Assembly (NCBI GenBank): GCA_965649225.1
Contig: CBFGJX010000001.1
Span: forward strand, 32,001 to 96,000
Source of the DNA: a candidate division WOR-3 bacterium
GTDB taxonomy: Bacteria > Hydrothermota > Tepidihabitantia > Tepidihabitantales > Tepidihabitantaceae
Length of the DNA stretch: 64,000 bases
Direction of reading: 5' to 3'
Part shown: one piece after another, positions 57,617-64,000 of the stretch
Layout of the letters: each line of letters opens with the position of its first letter
Numbering within the stretch: position 1 is the first letter of the stretch
Position numbers and translations under genes: made by a program
The notes under the pieces: generated by a model
Database searches by the model: none
Told to the model about the DNA's origin: nothing
What the model saw: the letters and a program-made list of their open reading frames with translations, nothing else

Positions 57617-58963
57617 GTGGTGCCCAAGCCACCTGCTGTGCCGTACCGGCCTCTGCCCTGGCGCACACTCGTACTGCTGGCCGTTACTGCCACGCTGCTA
57701 CGACTGGGATTGGCGCTGAGTTACCGGACTCACACTTTTCACTATCCTGACCTGCCTCGCTGTCCCGAAGAACTGACCCTGCTCACGACCGGTACTGCCT
57801 GCATCGACCCCGACCAGTATCTGCGACTTGGCCAAAGCATTGCCTGCGGACACCGGTTCTGGCTCGACAACCGGCCTCACACCTTCCGCACCCCGGGCTA
57901 TCCCCTGCTGATTGCTGCAGTTGGGAGCAATATCCCGCTGCTGGTGGTACTGCAGAGCATCTTTGGCGGTATCGCCGTACTGTTGCTGGGTATTACCGGT
58001 TGTCGGCTGGCCGGTCGGCTCGCCGGTACAACCGCTGCCGCCCTGCTGACATTTGACATTTCTGGACTCCTCCACGCCGGGATGGTGATGAGCGAACCGC
58101 TTTTCTCCCTGCTACTCGTCGTCGGTCTGGGGTTGTATCTAAGTCGTCACCGGTCTGCCGCCGCACTGCTTTTCGGCGCCGCAGTGCTGGTCCGACCAGT
58201 CGGGGCAATACTGCTTCTTCCTTTTTCTCTTCACCTTATCGCCGAGCGCCGCTGGAAAACACTGGCAATATTTGTCCTGTTCTTTTCGCTGGTGCCGGCG
58301 GGCTGGATTGCAAGGAACTTCTGGCACTATCGGCATTTCGGGCTGGCGACAGCCAGCAGCTACAACAACTTCAACAGCGCCATCCGGCTTGTCGCCAGCG
58401 CCAGCAACAAGGACTATCAAAATCTCCGTGACTCAATTGCTGCGCAAGCAGTTACCGCAGTGCCACCCGACAACCCGCTGGCGTTGGCCGCCGAACTTGA
58501 CCGTCGCGCACTGGCAATCACCATCAACCAGCCGTTCCGGTCGGTATCCCGCTGGGCCCTCGCAATCCCGCGGCTGCTGTTCTCGCTCAAGTCCGACGAC
58601 ATCTTTCTCCGTCTGACCAGCGACCGGGCAGCTACCAGCCGGATCCGCAACCGGTTGCCGCCAGCTCTCACGAGCGGCTCTGACCTGCTTTTCTGGCTTA
58701 CGGCTGGATGGGAACTGCTGTCCCTGACCGGATCGCTGCTGCTGGCTGGCATCGCCCTGCTGCGTGCCCGCGAACGGCGAGTCGCCCTGCTGCTCGCCGG
58801 GACCGGCTTTGCTCTCATCGCCACTGCTTCACCACTGATTGACGGCCGCTACCGCGACCCGGCGCTGCCAGCGCTGTATCTGCTGGCCGGCATCGGGCTG
58901 GCGACCCTGTCCCGGCCCGCCGCAACGACCGGCACAACCCAGCCACGCTCTCCTGCAGCTTGA
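57617..58963 (+). CDS. Polytopic GT-C/ArnT-like membrane glycosyltransferase
   Basis: DPDQY, RTPGYPLLIA, MSEPLF, LVRP, WIARN, GRYRDP. Confidence 0.65.
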   Translation: MVPKPPAVPYRPLPWRTLVLLAVTATLLRLGLALSYRTHTFHYPDLPRCPEELTLLTTGTACIDPDQYLRLGQSIACGHRFWLDNRPHTFRTPGYPLLIAAVGSNIPLLVVLQSIFGGIAVLLLGITGCRLAGRLAGTTAAALLTFDISGLLHAGMVMSEPLFSLLLVVGLGLYLSRHRSAAALLFGAAVLVRPVGAILLLPFSLHLIAERRWKTLAIFVLFFSLVPAGWIARNFWHYRHFGLATASSYNNFNSAIRLVASASNKDYQNLRDSIAAQAVTAVPPDNPLALAAELDRRALAITINQPFRSVSRWALAIPRLLFSLKSDDIFLRLTSDRAATSRIRNRLPPALTSGSDLLFWLTAGWELLSLTGSLLLAGIALLRARERRVALLLAGTGFALIATASPLIDGRYRDPALPALYLLAGIGLATLSRPAATTGTTQPRSPAA

Positions 58964-58987
58964 CTTCGCACCGCCGGTGGCTATCTT
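58960..58987 (+). promoter_or_regulatory. Sigma70 promoter of the mvhGA-like genes
   Basis: TTGACT, 16-nt spacer, TATCTT; GGGAG before the TTG start. Confidence 0.5.
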
Positions 58988-59011
58988 TTGCCCTAAACTC
59001 CGGGAGCTGAG

Positions 59012-59989
59012 TTGCCAGATAAATACCGAATCGGCTTTTACTGGGCCGCCTCCTGTGGCGGCTGTGAGATTGCCGTCCTTGATACCAACGAGAAGATTCT
59101 GGATGTCCTGTCGAAGGCCGAAATCATACTCTGGCCGGTGGCAGTTGACACCAAGTATGCCGACGTGCGGGCATTGCCGGACGGTGCCATCGACGCCTGT
59201 TTCTTCAACGGCTCCATCCGTAACTCCGAACAGCAGGAGATTGCCGAGCTGCTGCGTCGCAAGTCCAAGCTGCTGTTCGCATTCGGCTCCTGCGCCCAGC
59301 ACGGCTGCATTCCCGGACTGGCCAACCTGCACAGCCGGGCCGAGATCTTCAAAACTGCCTACCACAACGAACCTTCGGTCACCAACCCCGAGAAGGTCGA
59401 ACCGGCAACGCGGGTAACAGTACCGGAGGGCGAACTGACCCTGCCCGAGTTCTACGACCGCGTCTATCCTCTTGACCGCGTTGTGACGGTCGATTATTAC
59501 CTGCCCGGGTGCCCACCACCGGTAGCGCTGATCAGCGAAGCCTGGGACATGCTCTTCTCTGGACGCCTGCCGGCCCGGGGCAGCGTCCTGGCGCCAGCCA
59601 AAGCGCTCTGCGAGGAATGTCAGCGCAACAAGCACACCGCCAAACGGATGCCCGACATCAAACGAACCTGGGAGGTCGCTGCCGACCCCCAGACCTGCTT
59701 TCTTGAGCAGGGCATCGTCTGCATGGGACCGGCAACCCGCGGCGGCTGCGGTCAGCGCTGCATCAACGGCAACTGGCCCTGCACCGGCTGCATGGGACCG
59801 ATGCCCGACGTGGAAGACCAGGGTAGCAAGATGGTATCAGCGCTGAGTGCCATCCTGAAGCTCGACGAGGAAAAAGACCTTGGTGACGCCGGCACCGAGC
59901 AACTGATGGCCAAGGTCAAAGACCCGGTCGGCACCTTCTACATGTATGGGCTGGCCGGTTCAACACTCAATCAGGGAAGAAAACAGTAA
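59012..59989 (+). CDS. mvhG: Group 3c-like [NiFe] hydrogenase small subunit
   Basis: WAASCGGCE, FGSCA..G.IPGLAN, LPGCPP, CEEC, CMGPATRGGCG..C....PCTGCMGP. Confidence 0.88.
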   Translation: MPDKYRIGFYWAASCGGCEIAVLDTNEKILDVLSKAEIILWPVAVDTKYADVRALPDGAIDACFFNGSIRNSEQQEIAELLRRKSKLLFAFGSCAQHGCIPGLANLHSRAEIFKTAYHNEPSVTNPEKVEPATRVTVPEGELTLPEFYDRVYPLDRVVTVDYYLPGCPPPVALISEAWDMLFSGRLPARGSVLAPAKALCEECQRNKHTAKRMPDIKRTWEVAADPQTCFLEQGIVCMGPATRGGCGQRCINGNWPCTGCMGPMPDVEDQGSKMVSALSAILKLDEEKDLGDAGTEQLMAKVKDPVGTFYMYGLAGSTLNQGRKQ

Positions 59990-61452
59990 TGCCCCGCCGT
60001 ATAACGATTGACCCGATTACCCGGCTCGAAGGCCACGGCAAGATCGAGATTTTTTTGAACGAGCAGGGCGAGGTTGAAAACGCCTATCTTCAGGTACCGG
60101 AACTGCGCGGGTTTGAGCAGTTCTGCGTCGGCCGCAAGGCCGAGGACATGCCCCAGCTCACTTCCCGCATCTGCGGCGTCTGTCCGGTCGCCCATCACTA
60201 CGCCTCGGTCAAGGCGCTTGACGCCGCTTTTGGCGTAGAGCCAACGCCGCTTGCCCGCAAGCTGCGTGAACTGATTTACTGCGGCTACGTCATCTACGAC
60301 CATATTCTCCATTTCTATTTCCTGGGCGGGCCGGATTTCGTCGTCGGCCCCGACGCCCCGAAAGACAAGCGCAACATCATCGGCGTGATCGAGAAGGTCG
60401 GGCTGGATACCGCCAAAGAAGTGATCAAGCACCGGGCCTTCGGGCAGAAGATCACCGAAATCCTCGGCGGCAAGCCAACCCACCCGGTATCGGGCGTCCC
60501 CGGCGGCCAGACCAAGGGCCTGACCGAGGCCGAACGCAGCGAAATCGAGGCAATGGCCCGGTCTTGCGTCAATTTCGCCGAATTCTCGCTTGGACTGTTC
60601 AACGACATCGTACTCAAGAACCCGGCCTACATGAACCTGGTTACCGACCCCCGCTACAGCCATCCAACCTACAATATGGGCTTGGTCGACGATGCCAATC
60701 GAGTCAGTTTCTATGACGGCCGGATCCGTGTTACGGCTCCCGACGGCCGCGAGTTTGTCAAATTCAGCGCCAGTGAGTACCTTGACCATATCGCCGAACA
60801 GGTCCTTGACTGGAGCTATGTCAAAGTACCCTATCTGAAGGCGATCGGTTACCGGGGATTTGTCGCCGGCGCCGACTCCGGCCTCTATCGCGTCGGGCCG
60901 CTTGGCCGGCTCAACGCCGCCGACGGCATGGCAACACCGAAAGCCGATGCCGAGTATCGCCGGTTCTACGGCACCTTCGGGACTAAACCGGTAAACTCGA
61001 CCCTGGCGTTCCACTGGGCCCGGCTGATTGAGCTGCTCTATGTCGCCGAGCGGGCGGTTGAACTGGCCTCCGATGCCGAAATCACCGGCACCGCACTCCG
61101 CAACCTGAACTACCGGATGCAGGAACAGGGCGTCGGTGTGGTCGAGGCTGCCCGCGGTACGCTCTACCATCACTACTGGCTGACCGAAGACCGACTGATC
61201 AGCAAGGTCAACCTCATCGTTGCTTCGACCAACAACATTGGGCCGATGAACATGTCGGTCCGCGACGCCGCCCGCGGCCTGATCCACAACGGCAACCCCG
61301 ACGAAGGACTGGTCAACACGGTGGAAATGTTCTATCGTGCCTACGATCCTTGTCTGGCCTGCGCCAGTCACGTCGCCGGTCGCACACCGTTGGAAATCTG
61401 CATTCACAGCGCTGATGGCCGCCCGACCCACCGGCTCGGCAACGGCGGCTAA
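59989..61452 (+). CDS. mvhA: Group 3c-like [NiFe] hydrogenase large subunit
   Basis: [45 protein letters not shown] plus C-terminal extension. Confidence 0.9.
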   Translation: MPRRITIDPITRLEGHGKIEIFLNEQGEVENAYLQVPELRGFEQFCVGRKAEDMPQLTSRICGVCPVAHHYASVKALDAAFGVEPTPLARKLRELIYCGYVIYDHILHFYFLGGPDFVVGPDAPKDKRNIIGVIEKVGLDTAKEVIKHRAFGQKITEILGGKPTHPVSGVPGGQTKGLTEAERSEIEAMARSCVNFAEFSLGLFNDIVLKNPAYMNLVTDPRYSHPTYNMGLVDDANRVSFYDGRIRVTAPDGREFVKFSASEYLDHIAEQVLDWSYVKVPYLKAIGYRGFVAGADSGLYRVGPLGRLNAADGMATPKADAEYRRFYGTFGTKPVNSTLAFHWARLIELLYVAERAVELASDAEITGTALRNLNYRMQEQGVGVVEAARGTLYHHYWLTEDRLISKVNLIVASTNNIGPMNMSVRDAARGLIHNGNPDEGLVNTVEMFYRAYDPCLACASHVAGRTPLEICIHSADGRPTHRLGNGG

Positions 61453-61474
61453 AAAATTAGGGGGCCACGCGGCA

Positions 61475-62386
61475 GTGACCGCGGGCAGACACCAGCCGGT
61501 CTCGGTTATCTTTGTCAACCACAACTCCACCGGGCTGTTACAACGGGCCCTCGACTCGCTGCGGACGGCCGAACCGGAACTCCGGCCCGAAATTATCGTC
61601 GTCGATAACGCTTCGCGCGACCGGCTTGAGCTCCGGCGTGTCTGCCAGCGCTTCGGCGCCCGGCTGGTCCTGCGTTCATTCAACTCCGGCTACGGCGCCG
61701 CCGCCAACCGCGGCTTCGCCCTGGCCCGCGGCCAGTTCGTCGCCATCGCCAACCCGGACATCGTGTTTCACGGCGGCGAAATCACCCGGTTGGTACGCTG
61801 TCTTGCCGAAACTGACCAGACCGGTGCGGTTGCGCCGCAGCTGGTCTGGCCGGACGGCCGACCGCAACCCACTGCCCGCCGCTACCCCAGTCTCCGCTAC
61901 GCCCTGGGTGGTCGTCGCTCGCCGCTGGCCCGGCTCCTGCCTGGATTCGGCCATCGTCGGGAATTCCTCTATTGCGGTGTCCACCGCCAGGCCGAGCCGG
62001 TCAGTGTCGAAGCGGTCATCGGCGCCTTTGTCCTTTTCCGACGCACGGCTTTCAGCGCGGTCGGCGGTTTCGATGAGTCCTATCACATGTTCGCTGAAGA
62101 CATGGACATCTGCCGCCGGCTCCGCTCTGCCGGCTGGGACGTGCTGCTCGACCCACGTGTCCGGCTCGAACACTTCTACGGTGGCGTCCGCCGCCGTCGT
62201 GCCCGCTACGCCGACCATCAGCGCATCCGTTCGCTGCACCGTTTCATGAGCGAAGGCTACGGTCGCTGCGCTCGACTGGGACTGTTGCTGCTGTTCGGCT
62301 GGTATCTGAGCCTGACCGAAGCAGGCCGGCTGATTGGCATCGGCGAGTTCGAGTATTCCTGGCACCGACCGGAGGCATGCCGGTGA
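61475..62386 (+). CDS. GT2 family glycosyltransferase (WbbL-like)
   Basis: VSVIFVNHN, IIVVDNAS, NSGYGAAANRG, NPD, GGFDESYHMFAEDMD. Confidence 0.9.
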   Translation: MTAGRHQPVSVIFVNHNSTGLLQRALDSLRTAEPELRPEIIVVDNASRDRLELRRVCQRFGARLVLRSFNSGYGAAANRGFALARGQFVAIANPDIVFHGGEITRLVRCLAETDQTGAVAPQLVWPDGRPQPTARRYPSLRYALGGRRSPLARLLPGFGHRREFLYCGVHRQAEPVSVEAVIGAFVLFRRTAFSAVGGFDESYHMFAEDMDICRRLRSAGWDVLLDPRVRLEHFYGGVRRRRARYADHQRIRSLHRFMSEGYGRCARLGLLLLFGWYLSLTEAGRLIGIGEFEYSWHRPEACR

Positions 62387-63768
62387 ACCGGTTGCGCCAG
62401 ATTCTGTCGGTGGCAACGATGATTGCCGGTGACATTCTCGCGCTGCTGGTCAGTTACGCCGTCGCCTATCTCATCCGCAACCACGTCCTCAGCGGGCTTT
62501 TTGCCATTCTCCCCGAACCGTTGTCAATCGCCACCCTGACCAGCCGCCTGTACCTGCTGGCAATCTACCCGCTCGTATTCGCCTACGAGGGACTGTACAC
62601 CAAGCGGCTGACTGCCTGGGAAGAAGCCCGGCGCTGTCTGCGCGGAGTCGTTGTCGCCACCGCCTTCGTTTTGATACTGCTGTTCCTCTGGCGCTTCTGG
62701 GTCGTGTCGCGGTTTGTGCTGTTCCTGTCAATGCTGCTGGGCATGGTGCTGATTCCAATCACCCGCGCCGTTGTCCGCCGCCTGCTGGTACGCTCCGGCC
62801 TTGCCCTGCGGCCACTGGTGATTCTGGGCAACGGGTCGATGCCCTCCCGACTGGAAACGGAACTCAATCGTCACTGGACCCAGGGCTACCGCGTAGTTGA
62901 ACGCATTTCCGCCATCCCGCCGGGCACCAGCGCGGCTTCAGTGCTGGACTCGATTCGCCATCGCGACGCAACCGTCGTGATTGTCGCCGGTTCTTTTCCG
63001 CCCGAAAAGCTCAAAGAACTGTTCACCGCCGCCGAAAGCCGGTTCGGCGAGGTACTGGCCATTCCCGATGAATCGCTGCTGCACAACACTGCCGCCGAAG
63101 TTGAAAACCTGGGCACGCTGGTCGTCATCAAGTACCGCCATAACCTGCTCCGACCAGTCAACCGCTGGACCAAACGCATCATCGAACTGGTGCTGTGTCT
63201 GCTCCTGATCATCCTGTTGGCACCGCTGCTGTTACTCATCGCCGTTCTGGTGCGGTTGACGTCACCGGGTCCGGCGCTGTTTCAGCAGGTGCGGGTCGGG
63301 CGCTGGCGCCGGCCATTCCGCTGTCTGAAGTTCCGCACCATGTACACCGACGCCGAACAACGGCTGCCGGAAATCCTCTCCCGCGACCCGGCAGCGCGCG
63401 CCGAATGGGAACGCTATGCCCGCATCACCGCTGACCCGCGGGTGACCGGCATTGGCCGCATCCTGCGCCGCTTCAGCCTCGACGAACTGCCCCAGCTGTT
63501 CAACGTTCTCCGGGGCGAAATGGCGCTGGTTGGCCCCCGGCCCTATCTTCCCAGTGAACTCGACCGGGTCGGGCCCGGTATCGACACCATTACTCGGGTT
63601 CGACCGGGCATGACCGGTCTCTGGCAGGTATCGGGCCGGGCTGAACTGCCTTTCACTGAACGGGTGCTGCTCGACGAGTACTACATCCGTAACTGGTCGC
63701 TTTGGATGGATTTTTCCATCCTGCTGCGCACGGTTCGCGCCGTACTTGGCGCCCGGGGCGCCTACTGA
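62377..63768 (+). CDS. Undecaprenyl-phosphate sugar phosphotransferase (WbaP-like)
   Basis: [42 protein letters not shown]. Confidence 0.93.
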   Translation: MPVNRLRQILSVATMIAGDILALLVSYAVAYLIRNHVLSGLFAILPEPLSIATLTSRLYLLAIYPLVFAYEGLYTKRLTAWEEARRCLRGVVVATAFVLILLFLWRFWVVSRFVLFLSMLLGMVLIPITRAVVRRLLVRSGLALRPLVILGNGSMPSRLETELNRHWTQGYRVVERISAIPPGTSAASVLDSIRHRDATVVIVAGSFPPEKLKELFTAAESRFGEVLAIPDESLLHNTAAEVENLGTLVVIKYRHNLLRPVNRWTKRIIELVLCLLLIILLAPLLLLIAVLVRLTSPGPALFQQVRVGRWRRPFRCLKFRTMYTDAEQRLPEILSRDPAARAEWERYARITADPRVTGIGRILRRFSLDELPQLFNVLRGEMALVGPRPYLPSELDRVGPGIDTITRVRPGMTGLWQVSGRAELPFTERVLLDEYYIRNWSLWMDFSILLRTVRAVLGARGAY

Positions 63769-63841
63769 GGTGTTTTTGACTTTCGCTTTCGGAATCAGTA
63801 GCATGACAGGTGGCCGACAAGCAGCCGGTTGAGAACAGCCA

Positions 63842-64000
63842 ATGATGACACTGCCACTGCTCCTGGTCGCAGGTCTTGGCGCCTGGCAGTCCTACACCAA
63901 CACCAACTTTGTAACCGGCCTGGCCGGCCGCGACTCGGCAATCTGGTGCGCAACACTGGGCGGTGTTGCCCAGCTCGTCAGCCAGCCGGAACCGCGAACA
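63842..64000 (+). CDS. Secreted beta-propeller-like protein (3' truncated)
   Basis: MMTLPLLLVAGLGAWQSYTNTNFV...IWCATLGG, open to the window end; TTGACT-17-TAGCAT upstream. Confidence 0.5.
   Translation, partial: MMTLPLLLVAGLGAWQSYTNTNFVTGLAGRDSAIWCATLGGVAQLVSQPEPRT

Noticed and set aside
16085..61452. Selenocysteine in the hydrogenases or the molybdopterin-family subunit
   Set aside because: The L2 motifs use Cys codons (DPCYCC, DPCLAC) and these ORFs have no in-frame TGA
59971..61683. 570-aa minus-strand ORF and other long antisense ORFs (for example 16307-17272, 46700-47647, 56051-57016)
   Set aside because: They are shadows of well-supported genes on the opposite strand, expected in GC-rich DNA, and have no recognisable motifs
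1..64000. CRISPR arrays, rRNA, transposases, prophage or defence systems
   Set aside because: No spaced direct repeats or recognisable cas, transposase, integrase or phage genes were seen

Overview
A gene-dense, GC-rich window from a diderm anaerobic bacterium; the gene set resembles candidate FCB-associated lineages such as WOR-3 (inference only). In order it holds: a partial ABC substrate-binding gene; a large Alu-containing SRP RNA with dnaX-recR-hpf-hprK-PTS EIIA; a PurS-fused purL; and an initiator tRNA-Met with an atypical anticodon stem. Next is an 18-gene minus-strand operon for a group 4 (Mrp-Mbh type) energy-converting [NiFe] hydrogenase headed by an AsrAB/HydBG-like NAD(P)H module and a degenerate molybdopterin-family subunit. 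Then come mnmG, a QueG-like protein, a patatin-POTRA-barrel protein, an RluB-type synthase, a PflX-type radical SAM protein and purF. After purF is an uncharacterised five-gene membrane system (two FN3 plus DUF6754-like paralogues and three membrane proteins). It is followed by a deaminase, a PriA without Walker A, tamAB, and a TPR sigma54-type activator divergent from two small Cys-rich ORFs. The last part has acs-MFS-malic enzyme, a CoA-transferase with two acyl-CoA dehydrogenases, an mvhGA-like hydrogenase pair and glycosyltransferases. No CRISPR array, rRNA or mobile element was seen. The best candidates for undescribed systems are the five-gene membrane cluster (32082-36531) and the NAD(P)H-module hydrogenase (8359-22991). 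All family names come from reading motifs by eye, not from database searches.
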